64,000 bases of DNA from Treponemataceae bacterium (GCA_963667725.2 CAXXHO010000005.1:480001-544000), one strand, 5' to 3'; numbered from the stretch's first letter, positions 32,452-43,957 are shown. Notes: a model not told the origin generated them from the sequence alone. Made by a program: numbers and translations.

Positions 32452-33210
32452 TTATAGGGTTGAAGCATTTGTTAGGTTCCTCACTTTTTCCAAGTATTCC
32501 CAATACTCCAATATCTTAATATCATTTGCTTTTTCTTTAAGCTTTAATAGCATAAATAATTCTGGCCTATGCTCAGCGCCAGCTAAAACAGCAACAGTCC
32601 TCTCGTTTTTGCTTTTATTTAAAATGTTCTGAACCATTGCAGCAGTTCTTTCATTCCAAAATACTGCATCTGCTATACAGAAACTATAATATTTCTTTAA
32701 TATTTCATTATTTGGAATTACTTCCATAATAACTCTATTCCATTTTTCTTCTTTTTCTATAATAATTTCATCTAATTCTATACTATTTATTCTTTTACAT
32801 TTATTTCTTCTAATAAAATGATCCCTCTTTTTCATTGCTGCATAAGCATCGCTAATGATTTTTGTTTCATTTTCAGATAAAGCTTTTTTCTTTAATAGCT
32901 TATTAATATCCGTAAACAAATCTTTATAATTCTTAAACAATTTGATATTTTTAATCTGTTCTTGTCGGTTATATATATCATATGGTTTGATCTTAATAGT
33001 TTTCAATTGTTCATATTTATTAAGTGCATAATCCTCTTGTGATTCATTATTTCTCGCTTTTTTTAACTCACCAGACTCTGTATAAAATTCATCTGACAAC
33101 TCTTCTAATATGCAAGATGGCTCTATATCAACTAATATCTGATATAGAGTATCACCAGTATATTTCTTTGTATTTTTGTGTAATGTGCCAATAATTATTA
33201 TATTTGTCAT
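32452..33210 (-). CDS. Putative TraB/GumN/ChaN-like protein, copy 2
   Basis: Near-identical to 13598. Confidence 0.55.
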   Translation of the reverse strand: MTNIIIIGTLHKNTKKYTGDTLYQILVDIEPSCILEELSDEFYTESGELKKARNNESQEDYALNKYEQLKTIKIKPYDIYNRQEQIKNIKLFKNYKDLFTDINKLLKKKALSENETKIISDAYAAMKKRDHFIRRNKCKRINSIELDEIIIEKEEKWNRVIMEVIPNNEILKKYYSFCIADAVFWNERTAAMVQNILNKSKNERTVAVLAGAEHRPELFMLLKLKEKANDIKILEYWEYLEKVRNLTNASTL

Positions 33211-33340
33211 ATATTCTTAGTGAACCTAACATTGGCTTAACCTTTAAAGCCTGGCCTGAGCGAAGCGAAGGATTGGCGTGGTTTTTGCGTCATCTTCTCG
33301 CAAAAACCATGACAAAAGGCTTTATAAGGTTGAAGCTTTT

Positions 33341-33503
33341 GTTAGAATTTTCACCCCAAAGAGCACTTTTTTCTTCTCTTCTCTTTAGCTTTATTATCTT
33401 CTTCTCTTCGTCGTTTTTTATATGCACGTATCATGCGAGAATAAGGGAAAGACGCACCGCTTCTCTTCCCTTTTCGAGCAGTATAACATTCAATAATTCT
33501 AAC
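33341..33503. other. Gene-less cassette family B, copy 2
   Basis: Family B sequence. Confidence 0.9.
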
Positions 33504-33636
33504 ATTCGTTTAACCTTTAAACCCGGCCGAGCGTAGCGAGGCATTGGCGCGATTCTTGCCTCACTCTAAAAAGCCCTTTTACTCTACGTTGTTTCGCAAG
33601 AATCGTGACAATAGGGTTTATAAGGTTGAAACGGTT

Positions 33637-33801
33637 GTTAGAATTTTCACCCCAATTGGCACTTCTTCTCTTTTCTTCTTTTTTCCATAAGATTTTTCTT
33701 ATCTTCGTTCCTTTTCTAACGACATAATGAATGCGAGAATAAGGGAAAGACGCACCGCTTCTCTTCCCTTTTCGAGCAGTATAACATTAAATAATTCTAA
33801 C
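33637..33801. other. Gene-less cassette family B, copy 3 (variant B2)
   Basis: Matches 16051-16215, including its long-loop attC. Confidence 0.9.
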
Positions 33802-33921
33802 ATTGGCTTAACCTTTAAAGCCTGTTCCTGAGCGAAGCGAAGGATTGGCGTGGTTTTTGCATGATCTTCTGGCAAAAACCATGCCAAAAGGCTTTATAAG
33901 GTTGAAGCAATTGTTAGAAGC

Positions 33922-34500
33922 TTATTGTTTTACTTTTCTACTTATTGTTTTATTATGATCTATTTCTAATAATCGTAACATACTATCCATATATTCTGGA
34001 TAAATATCGTTTTTATCATGAATTGGATCTCCCAAGCACATTGGAGAAGCAATCATCTCAAGGGGTTCTAATATCTTAATAGTATTAAAGTCACCCAATT
34101 TCCATACTTGTTTAAGAAATCTTTTATAATATCTGTCATTATCTGCAATAGATGCTATGTTTTGATAAAATATTGATACTCTTCTTCTATGGAAATGTAA
34201 TGAATCATCTATAACATTATTCTCATTTTTATATTTCTCAATATATTTCTGTATCATTAATACTTCACTTATGCTTTCAATATTCCCCGAATCTTTATCA
34301 CATTCTCTTTTTAAATCCCACAATTTTTTTAAGGATATTCCCATTTCTTTTGAGCCATACTGTTTATAAAGTTCATTAATAGTTTGATTTCTGTATAGTC
34401 TTTTTGATAATATCCATGCAAAAACAGAAATTAGCAATGCCATCAATGCTACAAAAACAACTCCAAATTCAGCAATTATTGATAGAGTACTTTTATCCAC
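33922..34500 (-). CDS. Hypothetical protein with N-terminal TM helix
   Basis: GTG start after AGGAGG. Confidence 0.7.
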   Translation of the reverse strand: MDKSTLSIIAEFGVVFVALMALLISVFAWILSKRLYRNQTINELYKQYGSKEMGISLKKLWDLKRECDKDSGNIESISEVLMIQKYIEKYKNENNVIDDSLHFHRRRVSIFYQNIASIADNDRYYKRFLKQVWKLGDFNTIKILEPLEMIASPMCLGDPIHDKNDIYPEYMDSMLRLLEIDHNKTISRKVKQ

Positions 34501-34694
34501 ATTATCCTCCTTTTAGTACCATTAATGCGCATTTAATATTATCATATTTAAATTTTATAATGCTTCTAACATTGGCTTAACCCTTAACGCCTGCTCCTGA
34601 GCGTAGCGAAGGATTGGCGTGGTTTGTGCATTGTTGTTCTGCACAAACCATGACAAAAGGCGTTATAGGGTTGAAGCATTTGTTAGACGAATCC

Positions 34695-35240
34695 TTATTT
34701 ACTACCCTTTTCACTTATTTTATATTTAAGCAATTCATTCAATACATAAGTTTCTCTTTCAATCCATTTCGTTTTCTTTTCAGAAGACTTCATCGTTTTT
34801 CTATTAACTTCTAATGCTTCTTTAATAGTTGTCCACTTTGGAATAAACATCAATTCTTTCTCATAATCATCAAGATTTTGACTATGTAAAGAATCTTCAA
34901 TTACAATTTCGTAGTAGGCTGATATCATTTTAAAATAATCAAATGTTTCTTCTTTAGATTTATTGTACTCAATTACTGTTCCAATTTTACATTTAATATC
35001 TACAATAGTTCCTCCAATTTCTTCATCTATTTCTCTAAATAATGCAATTTCTTGCGTTTCGTTATCTTCTACACCACCACCAGGAAATTTATATTCGTCA
35101 TTTGTTTTTGAATAAACCAAAAGTATCTGATTATTCTTAATAATTACTGCTCTTACAGCATTTCTACAAAATGATAATCCATTTAGATCTATATCTTTTT
35201 TATAAAATATCTCTTTGTTAAAAAGCATCGATCCTTCCAT
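34695..35240 (-). CDS. NUDIX hydrolase
   Basis: PGGGVEDNETQEIALFREIDEEIG. Confidence 0.9.
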   Translation of the reverse strand: MEGSMLFNKEIFYKKDIDLNGLSFCRNAVRAVIIKNNQILLVYSKTNDEYKFPGGGVEDNETQEIALFREIDEEIGGTIVDIKCKIGTVIEYNKSKEETFDYFKMISAYYEIVIEDSLHSQNLDDYEKELMFIPKWTTIKEALEVNRKTMKSSEKKTKWIERETYVLNELLKYKISEKGSK

Positions 35241-35447
35241 GATAAAATGTTACATACACAATTACACATATCAAGTTAACATTTTTACTAATTGCTTTAA
35301 TATGTATCTTTTTGCGCCGAAGGCGTCCGTCTAACATTGGCTTGACCCTTAACGCCCGCTCCTGAGCGAAGCGAAGGATTGGCGTGGTTTGTGCATTGTT
35401 GTTCTGCACAAACCATGACAAAGGGCGTTATAGGGTCGAAGCAGGTG

Positions 35448-35999
35448 TTAGAAGCTTTTTTTCTTATCTTCCTTATAGAAATCTTCTCGTACTATATCCA
35501 TAAAGATATCATTATGTCGTTCATTATTATAATAATGTGATCTTCTTCTCTCTCCCATTTTTTTAAACCCTACTTTCTCATAACTCTTTCTTGCTCGTAC
35601 ATTATAATCAAAAACTCTAAGCATTATGTTCTCTAATCCCAATATCCTGAATGAATAATCTATAAGTAATCGCAATGCTTCAGTTCCATAGCCTTTTCCC
35701 CAATACTCTTGATTGCCTATGAAGATTCCTACTTCTGATGTCTTATGTACATGGTTAACATTAATAAGTCCTACATTTCCGATTAGAGTATCGTTTTCGA
35801 TATCAATAACCCCATATACATGTTCTTTTGATAATCTTTGGAGAACTTCTTTTTCTGATTCCAATGTTATTACATTTGGCCCAGCAAGAAGATATTTGAA
35901 TACTTCTTCTGAATTGAGCCATTCTGCATACTGAGCAGCATCATCCATATTGATTGGTGCTAAATAACACTTTATACCAATCATTTTTCGAAAATACAT
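35448..35999 (-). CDS. GNAT N-acetyltransferase (RimJ/RimL-like)
   Basis: YWGKGYGTEA, N.RA.KSYEKVGF. Confidence 0.9.
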   Translation of the reverse strand: MYFRKMIGIKCYLAPINMDDAAQYAEWLNSEEVFKYLLAGPNVITLESEKEVLQRLSKEHVYGVIDIENDTLIGNVGLINVNHVHKTSEVGIFIGNQEYWGKGYGTEALRLLIDYSFRILGLENIMLRVFDYNVRARKSYEKVGFKKMGERRRSHYYNNERHNDIFMDIVREDFYKEDKKKSF

Positions 36000-36152
36000 T
36001 ACTTTCTCCTATTTCCTGGCGCCGGAGGCGTCCTTCTAACATTGGCTTAACCCTTAACGCCTGTTCCTGAGCGTAGCGAAGGATTGGCGTGGTTTTTGCG
36101 TGATCCTCTCGCAAAAACCATGACAAAAGGCATTATAGGGTTGAAGCATTTG

Positions 36153-36608
36153 TTAGGTATTTCCTCTTTCTTTACTATTGTATTCTACTTCGAATCCATT
36201 TTTTATTGTATATTTTACTTTTCCATCTTCCATGTTTTCTATCTTTATCATTTTTCTATTATATATTTCTTCATAATTTATTTTGATTCCTTTTTCATAA
36301 ACAAAGACTTTATTCCATATCTTTGAAGTATTCATAATCTCAATATAAAGATTGATTATTGTATTTATTATATATCCTACGATTAATAAGTAATTCTGAT
36401 CTTGGTTACATATCACAATCATCGTAATATTTGATAAAGTATAATTTGTAACTCCAAAAACATATTTATATGGAGTGTGAATACCTATCAAATACCCAAT
36501 ACCTATTTCTTTTCCTAGTCGTTTTGTAGTTCTATATTTATTCCAGGCTAAAGATAGCAAAGATAATACTGAGAGAATAATTGTCTTTACTATCATGCTT
36601 TTATTCAT
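36153..36608 (-). CDS. Membrane protein, copy 1
   Basis: Duplicated at 42396. Confidence 0.65.
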   Translation of the reverse strand: MNKSMIVKTIILSVLSLLSLAWNKYRTTKRLGKEIGIGYLIGIHTPYKYVFGVTNYTLSNITMIVICNQDQNYLLIVGYIINTIINLYIEIMNTSKIWNKVFVYEKGIKINYEEIYNRKMIKIENMEDGKVKYTIKNGFEVEYNSKERGNT

Positions 36609-36848
36609 CGAAAAGCCTCATTTTGATATATTTTTAAATATGCCATAATTAAAATTTATTTGATCTACAGAAGAACATATAATCTTTTTTCTTTGGGGCG
36701 AGCGAAGCGAGTCCACCTAACATTGGCTTAACCTTTAAATCCGTGCCCGAAGGGCTTGGCGTGGTTCTTGCGTAAAGGAGCGAAGCCACGAAGTGGCGAA
36801 GCGACTCGCAAGAACCATGACAAAGGATTTATAAGGTTGAAGCATGTG

Positions 36849-37184
36849 TTAGGATCGCTTTTTTTTACCACCTTCTTCTAGTAATCCAGTCTTTATATAC
36901 TTCTTCATCAATTCGTAAATATCTTTTTTATCACCGTCTTTTCTTATTCCAACAGCAATTATGATTACAATTATTTCTTTATCAAGAACTTTATAAATAA
37001 TCCTATATCGTTGTCCTACCGCACGAACTGACCGAAATTCTTTTAATGGACCTTTTAATGGCTTCCCTAATAATAATGGCTCTTCTTTTAATGATTCTAT
37101 CTTATTTATTACTTGATTCTGTGTCCTACTATCCAGCTTTTTGATATTATCAGCTGCAATTATAGTAAGCTTTATCTTATACAT
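36849..37184 (-). CDS. relE: RelE/ParE family toxin
   Basis: GKPLKGPL.EFRSVRA.GQRYRIIY. Confidence 0.88.
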   Translation of the reverse strand: MYKIKLTIIAADNIKKLDSRTQNQVINKIESLKEEPLLLGKPLKGPLKEFRSVRAVGQRYRIIYKVLDKEIIVIIIAVGIRKDGDKKDIYELMKKYIKTGLLEEGGKKKRS

Positions 37185-37443
37185 TTAAGCTCTTCTTAAA
37201 ATCTTCAAAATCAATAAGACTATCATTTTCGAACTGCTTTATCCCAATCTTTAGATCATCATATAAAGCCTCATCCGAAATGATATCTAAAGTCTCAGCA
37301 ATACTTTCGTATGTATCCCAACGAAGTAACGCAAAGACTTCTTTTCCATGATTGGTAACAGAGATTGTATCATTGAAAGAAAGATCATCCTCAAGAGAAG
37401 TGATCCTCTTCCTTGTTTCGGAGATTGATAACTGTTTAACCAT
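37177..37443 (-). CDS. Phd/YefM-type antitoxin
   Basis: LSISETRK..VTNHGKEV..YESIAETLDI. Confidence 0.82.
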   Translation of the reverse strand: MVKQLSISETRKRITSLEDDLSFNDTISVTNHGKEVFALLRWDTYESIAETLDIISDEALYDDLKIGIKQFENDSLIDFEDFKKSLNV

Positions 37444-37459
37444 AATTACCTCTGAATAA

Positions 37460-37488
37460 ATGATACATTATATTGTACAATATGTCAA
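37460..37488 (-). promoter_or_regulatory. sigma70 promoter with palindromic operator
   Basis: TTGACA-17-TATCAT; palindrome ATATTGTACAATAT in the spacer. Confidence 0.8.
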
Positions 37489-37697
37489 TAATAATTGTAC
37501 ATATTATTAATTACTGCTATTGTAATATGTTATATCGTTTCGATAAAGCTAGTCGTCCTAACATTTGTTTAACCTTTAAACCCGTCCCGAGCTACTGCGA
37601 GGGATTGGCGCGATTCTTGCAACACTCTAGTAAGCAGTAACATTCTAATTTGATATGCAAGAAGCGTGACAATAGGGTTTATAAGGTTGAAACGTTT

Positions 37698-37859
37698 GTT
37701 AGAATTTTCACCCCAAAGTGCACTTCTTTCTTCTCTTCTCTTTAACTTTTAATTTTCTTCTCTTCGTCGTTTTTTATAGGCACGTAACATGCGAGAATAA
37801 GGGAAAGACGCATCGCTTCTCTTCCCTTTTCGAGCAGCTGAACAACTAATAATTCTAAC
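37698..37859. other. Gene-less cassette family B, copy 4
   Basis: Family B sequence. Confidence 0.9.
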
Positions 37860-37975
37860 ATTGGCTTAACCTTTAAATCCGTGCCCGTAGGGCTTGGCGT
37901 GGTTCTTGCGTTATCTTCTCGCAAGAACCATGCCAAAGGATTTATAAGGTTGAAGCAGTTGTTGGACGATTTCTC

Positions 37976-38371
37976 TTATTTCCAATCTTCTATTTTTAAA
38001 TTCTTGATTCTAGAAAACTCACCAGTATTATTTGTTACTAATACTAAGTCTTTAGCTATCGCTTGCGCAGCTATAAGCATATCATACGGTCCAATTAATA
38101 TTCCATTTTGCTTCAAATATGATCGTATCTTACCAAATTCTTCAGCATCATTATCATCAAAATTCAATACTGAAAAAGGAGCTATAAACTCTGTCAACGA
38201 TATTCTATTCTTTTCTATGTTTTGACTATTGTATACACCATATTGAAGTTCCGCTACTGTTATGCTTGATACATATACTTTCTTCTTAATTACTTCTTGC
38301 AGCCTTTGTAACACATGAGGAGGCTTCCCGTTCTTGATGAAGATGCAGGTATTAGTATCTAAGAGATACAT
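37976..38371 (-). CDS. vapC: Type II TA toxin VapC
   Basis: YLLDTNTCI, GPYDMLIAAQA, VTNNTGEFSRI. Confidence 0.93.
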   Translation of the reverse strand: MYLLDTNTCIFIKNGKPPHVLQRLQEVIKKKVYVSSITVAELQYGVYNSQNIEKNRISLTEFIAPFSVLNFDDNDAEEFGKIRSYLKQNGILIGPYDMLIAAQAIAKDLVLVTNNTGEFSRIKNLKIEDWK

Positions 38372-38601
38372 TATAGACCTTCTCTTTCTTGCATAGGAGG
38401 CTGTTCTCTTCCTTCACTCATAAAATCATCAGTAAACCCATTCAACCCATGTAAAAATGTTTCCCATTCTTTTCCTTTAGGAAATAGAATTACTGAAGAA
38501 CCTACCTTTTGAATGAGCACATCGGTACCAGGGAAATTATATTCTTTGGGTAAACGTACCGCTTGGCTACGTCCATTTTTAAACAATTTAGCTATTTGCA
38601 T
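38371..38601 (-). CDS. vapB: Antitoxin VapB (AbrB-type)
   Basis: AKLFKNGRSQAVRLPKEY. Confidence 0.92.
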   Translation of the reverse strand: MQIAKLFKNGRSQAVRLPKEYNFPGTDVLIQKVGSSVILFPKGKEWETFLHGLNGFTDDFMSEGREQPPMQEREGL

Positions 38602-38621
38602 ATCATGCCTCCACACATTGA

Positions 38622-38650
38622 AGTATATATCATGATATATATTATGTCAA
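38622..38650 (-). promoter_or_regulatory. sigma70 promoter with palindromic operator
   Basis: TTGACA-17-TATACT; palindrome ATATATCATGATATAT. Confidence 0.8.
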
Positions 38651-38845
38651 GTTTATGCTATTTTACTTTATAATAACACTTTACAATGTCATATATACTG
38701 CGCGCCGAGGGCGTCCGTCCAACATTGGCTTAACCCTTAACGCCTGTTCCTGAGCGAAGCGAAGGATTGGCGTGGTTTTTGCGTCATCTTCTAGCAAAAA
38801 CCATGACAAAAGGCGTTATAGGGTTGAAGCTTTTGTTGGACGTCT

Positions 38846-39259
38846 CTACTTATTATCTTTACTTATCTTTTCTTCCAATGTCCTATAGATCTCTTCATTC
38901 TTCTCTCTACCCAATCCTAATACTATCTTTTCATTCTTTCCAATGATAAGGATATATGGTTTCTCCTTCTTGATTTCAAATAATCTTACTTTGCCTAATT
39001 CCTTATAAGAAAATATTCCAATATTCATGAATCCTAGGTTAATACCATTTGTCTTCATTCCCCAAAATGGTATCTCATCAAGTTTTCTTACTTCTTCTAT
39101 ATCTTCATATGATATTTCAACTCCATACAGGCCATTTACTTTAAGTGAACTCTCTAATACTTCTACCGATATAGTCTTAATAAAAAAGACTGAGACAGCT
39201 ATGATTATTATTGTAATGAGGATTGCCAGTAATGTTGTTTGTTTATTCGATGTTTTCAT
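38846..39259 (-). CDS. Membrane-anchored bacterial PH-like domain protein
   Basis: TM plus GLYG.EI.Y.DI..V...KTNG..G.F pattern. Confidence 0.65.
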   Translation of the reverse strand: MKTSNKQTTLLAILITIIIIAVSVFFIKTISVEVLESSLKVNGLYGVEISYEDIEEVRKLDEIPFWGMKTNGINLGFMNIGIFSYKELGKVRLFEIKKEKPYILIIGKNEKIVLGLGREKNEEIYRTLEEKISKDNK

Positions 39260-39491
39260 AGTATTGGTCCGTTATTACTATTGTAGTAGATGGCACTAAA
39301 TTTTAAATCAGTGAACAATAGCTTTATAAAGTAAATCATATTTTTAGCGCGCGTAAGCGCGTCCGTCCAACATTGGCTTAACCCTTAACGCCTGTTCCTG
39401 AGCGTAGCGAAGGATTGGCGTGGTTTGTGCATTGTTGTTCTGCACAAACCATGACAAAAGGCGTTATAGGGTTGAAGCATTTGTTAGGTTT

Positions 39492-39734
39492 CTATTTTTC
39501 TTCTTTTCCAATACCTGATCCAATCATTTTGTCATACTTTTTATTCTCTTCTTCAATCATCTTCAAATGTATCTCATCTTTTCGTATCTCTAGCTCCAAT
39601 ATTTCTTTTTGATACTTTTTCTTTTCTACATCTGCTTTTATCTTTTTGATATATGAAATAAAACCAAACGTTAATGCTGGTGCTACAAAGAAAAACATAA
39701 TCATTCCAAAGTATGGTATAGGTATAAATTCCAT
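39492..39734 (-). CDS. Small membrane-anchored coiled-coil protein
   Basis: Paralogue of 15342. Confidence 0.7.
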   Translation of the reverse strand: MEFIPIPYFGMIMFFFVAPALTFGFISYIKKIKADVEKKKYQKEILELEIRKDEIHLKMIEEENKKYDKMIGSGIGKEEK

Positions 39735-40061
39735 TTACTTTTTCCTACTACTACTTTTCGACTTAGGTATATTTACTAGTGGTTCTACAAGCTTAATTAC
39801 TTCTGTGCATAGTTCTTTATTATCAATATCCAATATGTAATGTTCTTTTGCTCCTGTATAAGGAATTCCCTTTTCTGATTCTTTCATCAACTCAACGAGA
39901 CATGCATGTTGTTTTATATATACACTATTATTACAGACTAATAGTATTGGCTTATCATCTACATATACCATATATTCACCAAACATTTTTCTATAACGAA
40001 TTCGACCAGTCTCACTAATCTGCTCACATACATACTGTATGAATTCAAGATCTGTTGCCAT
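39735..40061 (-). CDS. TfoX/Sxy N-terminal domain protein
   Basis: YRKMFGEYMVYVDDK..LLVCNN.VYIK. Confidence 0.85.
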   Translation of the reverse strand: MATDLEFIQYVCEQISETGRIRYRKMFGEYMVYVDDKPILLVCNNSVYIKQHACLVELMKESEKGIPYTGAKEHYILDIDNKELCTEVIKLVEPLVNIPKSKSSSRKK

Positions 40062-40304
40062 AGACTCTCCAAATCAGCATCACTTATTTCTTTTATTATT
40101 ATAGCGTGAAGCATCAAGTTAACATTAACAATAAATAGTTTCGCATGTATCTTTTTGCGCCGAAGGCGTCAACCTAACATTGGCTTAACCCTTAACGCCT
40201 GTTCCTGAGCGTAGCGAAGGATTGGCGTGGTTTTTGCGTCATCTTCTCGCAAAAACCATGACAAAGGGCGTTATAGGGTTGAAGCATTTGTTAGGTTTTT
40301 TATA

Positions 40305-41015
40305 TTATATTATGTACTCTATACAATTAGATTCTGATACTTTTAAAGGAAATTTCAATTGCTCATTCCAAATATATGCATTTACTTTAAGATAGTATTT
40401 TCTTTGAGAATCTAATGGTTCATATACTTTTTTATTTATTTCATTGCCTTCCATCATATTGTGATTAATTTTATTCACTTCTTCTATTAAATTTAACGTG
40501 GATAAATCAAACATATTTGATTGTATATTATTTACAACACAATAGGATTTTTTAGAAAACAAATTTTCATTGATTACTTCCATATCGCTTGAAATTTCTA
40601 TTTGATATTTTACACCCTTAAATATTTCATAATTCCATTGAATAGTATTTTTATTTCGCTCTAGTTTAAAACGTTCAGATAAATATATGGAATGTGATTG
40701 TACATTACTCCCTTTTTTTATAGCTATATTATTACTAAATAAATCTGCATTTTTTAATTTACCAATGTTTTCACCCAATTCAAGAAACACCAGATCACTT
40801 TCTTTTGATATATACCCTTTATAATAGTATTCGCCATTCTTATTAAGCTTTACGGAATGGACCCTTCCTTCTTTTAGATATGGTCCAGCAATATCTACAC
40901 TTAACTTTGATGTATCTACTCCAATAGTATCAATAATCTTCCCGGTTAACGTAAAATTATTTTTTGAACAACTAGTAATTACTAAGCATATAAGTAATAG
41001 AATCCAATTTCTCAT
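40305..41015 (-). CDS. Putative lipoprotein
   Basis: MRNWILLLICLVITSC lipobox-like signal. Confidence 0.65.
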   Translation of the reverse strand: MRNWILLLICLVITSCSKNNFTLTGKIIDTIGVDTSKLSVDIAGPYLKEGRVHSVKLNKNGEYYYKGYISKESDLVFLELGENIGKLKNADLFSNNIAIKKGSNVQSHSIYLSERFKLERNKNTIQWNYEIFKGVKYQIEISSDMEVINENLFSKKSYCVVNNIQSNMFDLSTLNLIEEVNKINHNMMEGNEINKKVYEPLDSQRKYYLKVNAYIWNEQLKFPLKVSESNCIEYII

Positions 41016-41237
41016 GTGCTCTCCAAAGCAAAACAAAAATATTTTCAATGTTTTTCTATAAACCTAACATTGGCTTAACCCTTAACGCCTGTTCCTGAGC
41101 GTAGCGAAGGATTGGCGTGGTTTGTGCATTGTTGTTCTGCACAAACCATGACAAAGGGCGTTATAGGGTTGAAGCGTTTGTTAGACGAAACCTTATCTTA
41201 ATATAGTACAACTATATAATTTATTCTAATAGAACTT

Positions 41238-41903
41238 TTATACATTTTCTTTTTTAGATTTTCCATAAAGAAATGGTTCAGCAACCTTTTGATTAAATAC
41301 TGTTATTAATGGACCCATAAAAAATGCCGTTATTATTGTTCCAATTCCAGGAATCTTTCCCAATATAGTCCCCAATGTTACACAGATAAGATCACTAATT
41401 ACCCTGATCCATTTAAAAGGAATACTATGATTCTTTATGTTTAATCTTTTCTTTGCTAATATGAGCGAAATAGCATCGTAAACAGAAACCCCAAGATCCG
41501 CAGTATAATACAAGGCAGAGCCAAAACACATTATGACCAATGCTCCTAAAAGCATTAAAAACCTCTGTAATAATGAAACCGAAGGAAGCACTGAGACAAG
41601 GAATCTATATGAGCAATCAACAATGTAGCCTGTCAAAAACATATTTATAAATGTTGCTATACCAATAAAGTGTTTATCCCATATAAATATGCCTACAAGC
41701 ATTATTAAGCTTAGTATTAAATAGTATGTGCCATATCCCAGATATTTCGAAAATAAGATATGTGAACCTTGAGCAAAGCACTGAAATGGATCAACTCCAA
41801 AAGCTGATATATTAAATAACCCAACACTAAATGAACAAACAATAACGCCGGTTATGGTCATTAATATACGCTTAATAATATTTTTATTAGTAGCAAAACT
41901 CAT
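41238..41903 (-). CDS. YczE/YyaS/YitT family membrane protein
   Basis: FGVDPF, IGIAT, LGVSVYD, GIGTII. Confidence 0.85.
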   Translation of the reverse strand: MSFATNKNIIKRILMTITGVIVCSFSVGLFNISAFGVDPFQCFAQGSHILFSKYLGYGTYYLILSLIMLVGIFIWDKHFIGIATFINMFLTGYIVDCSYRFLVSVLPSVSLLQRFLMLLGALVIMCFGSALYYTADLGVSVYDAISLILAKKRLNIKNHSIPFKWIRVISDLICVTLGTILGKIPGIGTIITAFFMGPLITVFNQKVAEPFLYGKSKKENV

Positions 41904-42120
41904 TTAATCACCATAGGTGTTTTAAATTTGTGCCTGAAGAATCCGTCTAACATATTTGATAACCTCTTAAAGATGTATCTTTTTGCGCGCGTAAGCGCGT
42001 CCGTCTAACATTGGCTTAACCCTTAACGCCTGTTCCCGAGCGAAGCGAGGGATTGGCGTGGTTTTTGCGTTATCTTCTCGCAAAAATCATGACAAAAGGC
42101 GTTATAGGGTTGAAGCTTTT

Positions 42121-42283
42121 GTTAGAATTTTCACCCCAAAGAGCACTTCTTTCTTCTCTTCTCTTTAACTTATCTATTTTCTTCTTTTCGTCGTTTTTTA
42201 TATGCACGTAACATGCGAGAATAAGGGAAAGACGCACCGCTTCTCTTCCCTTTTCGAGCAGCTGAACAATAAATAATTCTAAC
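42121..42283. other. Gene-less cassette family B, copy 5
   Basis: Family B sequence; hairpin at 42214-42260. Confidence 0.9.
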
Positions 42284-42395
42284 ATTGGCTTAACCCTTAA
42301 CGCCTGTTCCTGAGCGTAGCGAAGGATTGGCGTGGTTTTTGCGTGATCCTCTCGCAAAAACCATGACAAAAGGCATTATAGGGTTGAAGCATTTG

Positions 42396-42851
42396 TTAGG
42401 TATTTCCTCTTTCTTTACTATTGTATTCTACTTCGAATCCATTTTTTATTGTATATTTTACTTTTCCATCTTCCATGTTTTCTATCTTTATCATTTTTCT
42501 ATTATATATTTCTTCATAATTTATTTTGATTCCTTTTTCATAAACAAAGACTTTATTCCATATCTTTGAAGTATTCATAATCTCAATATAAAGATTGATT
42601 ATTGTATTTATTATATATCCTACCATTAATAAGTAATTCTGATCTTGGTTACATATCACAATCATCGTAATATTTGATAAAGTATAATTTGTAACTCCAA
42701 AAACATATTTATATGGAGTGTGAATACCTATCAAATACCCAATACCTATTTCTTTTCCTAGTCGTTTTGTAGTTCTATATTTATTCCAGGCTAAAGATAG
42801 CAAAGATAATACTGAGAGAATAATTGTCTTTACTATCATGCTTTTATTCAT
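42396..42851 (-). CDS. Membrane protein, copy 2
   Basis: One amino acid difference from 36153. Confidence 0.65.
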   Translation of the reverse strand: MNKSMIVKTIILSVLSLLSLAWNKYRTTKRLGKEIGIGYLIGIHTPYKYVFGVTNYTLSNITMIVICNQDQNYLLMVGYIINTIINLYIEIMNTSKIWNKVFVYEKGIKINYEEIYNRKMIKIENMEDGKVKYTIKNGFEVEYNSKERGNT

Positions 42852-43090
42852 CGAAAAGCCTCATTTTGATATATTTTTAAATATGCCATAATTAAAATTT
42901 ATTTGATCTACAGAAGAACATATAATCTTTTTTCTTTGGGGCGAGCGAAGCGAGTCCACCTAACATTGGCTTAACCCTTAACGCCTGCTCCTGAGCGAAG
43001 CGAGGGATTGGCATGGTTTTTGCATTGTTGTTCTGCAAAAACCATGCCAAAAGGCGTTATAGGGTTGAAGCAGTTGTTAGGCTTATTTTT

Positions 43091-43789
43091 TTACATCCAA
43101 CCATTTAAATATTTCAATGGTGTAATTGCTGCTAATTTTCCACCAGTTACATCAGAAAGTGTTCCATGGACAATACCATACAAAATTGTTTTTTCTTTTG
43201 TCATTTCAATAGCAGCAGATTTTATATATCCTAAATCAAATAATGGTCCACCACTATATCCACCAATACTTGGTAATTCCAATATTATGAAATCGCAGTT
43301 AACTTGATTATCAAATCTAGGCAAAGTAATTTGGGGTGAAGATACAAACGTTCTAAAAGAAAGTGGAGAAAACTTTGGACCAACAGCGCCAAGTCCTAAT
43401 GGAAAACCTATACTTGTGAGTTCAATATCTTTTGAAATTGGTGTACAACTCAATTCAATATGGTCGTATGGGAAACAACGGTTTTGCATGTAATCTTGAT
43501 TTGTTGTAGTTAATGATATTTTTGCATACGCTAAATCTGCAATTGGATGTTTAACAAATGCTGCTCCACCAAGAAGGATTGAAAGATCTACTCTTATTGG
43601 ATTTTGAGAATTATCAGATAATACTGCATAGGTATTTACATTTATATTAGTAACAACATGTGAAGCTGTTAATAAATAACAATCGCTTCCTTTTGAAATG
43701 AATACTCCAGTCCCGATTTTTTCATTTTTCCCATCGGGTATCCTAATATTGCATACTACCGAATTTAAATTATCACGTTCGAATACCAT
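43091..43789 (-). CDS. Trypsin-like serine protease
   Basis: GTGVF, LTASHV, DLA, GGYSGGP. Confidence 0.88.
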   Translation of the reverse strand: MVFERDNLNSVVCNIRIPDGKNEKIGTGVFISKGSDCYLLTASHVVTNINVNTYAVLSDNSQNPIRVDLSILLGGAAFVKHPIADLAYAKISLTTTNQDYMQNRCFPYDHIELSCTPISKDIELTSIGFPLGLGAVGPKFSPLSFRTFVSSPQITLPRFDNQVNCDFIILELPSIGGYSGGPLFDLGYIKSAAIEMTKEKTILYGIVHGTLSDVTGGKLAAITPLKYLNGWM

Positions 43790-43957
43790 ATATTCTCCTT
43801 TTATTCTTTTTTGCGCGAAGCGTCAGCCTAACATTGGCTTGACCCTTAACGCCTGCTCCTGAGCGAAGCGAAGGATTGGCGTGGTTTGTGCATTGTTGTT
43901 CTGCACAAACCATGACAAAGGGCGTTATAGGGTCGAAGCAGGTGTTAGACGTTTCCT

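Larger units (their letters stand above)
21848..42401 (-). repeat. attC: attC sites 30-58
   Basis: 21848-21971,22828-22952,23708-23832,24496-24618,25442-25566,26444-26568,27189-27312,27886-28010,28669-28793,29504-29628,30190-30314,30906-31030,31536-31675,32353-32477,33224-33347,33497-33643,33795-33919,34564-34688,35329-35453,36034-36158,36715-36854,37556-37704,37853-37967,38717-38841,39365-39489,40172-40296,41062-41186,42003-42127,42277-42401. Confidence 0.95.
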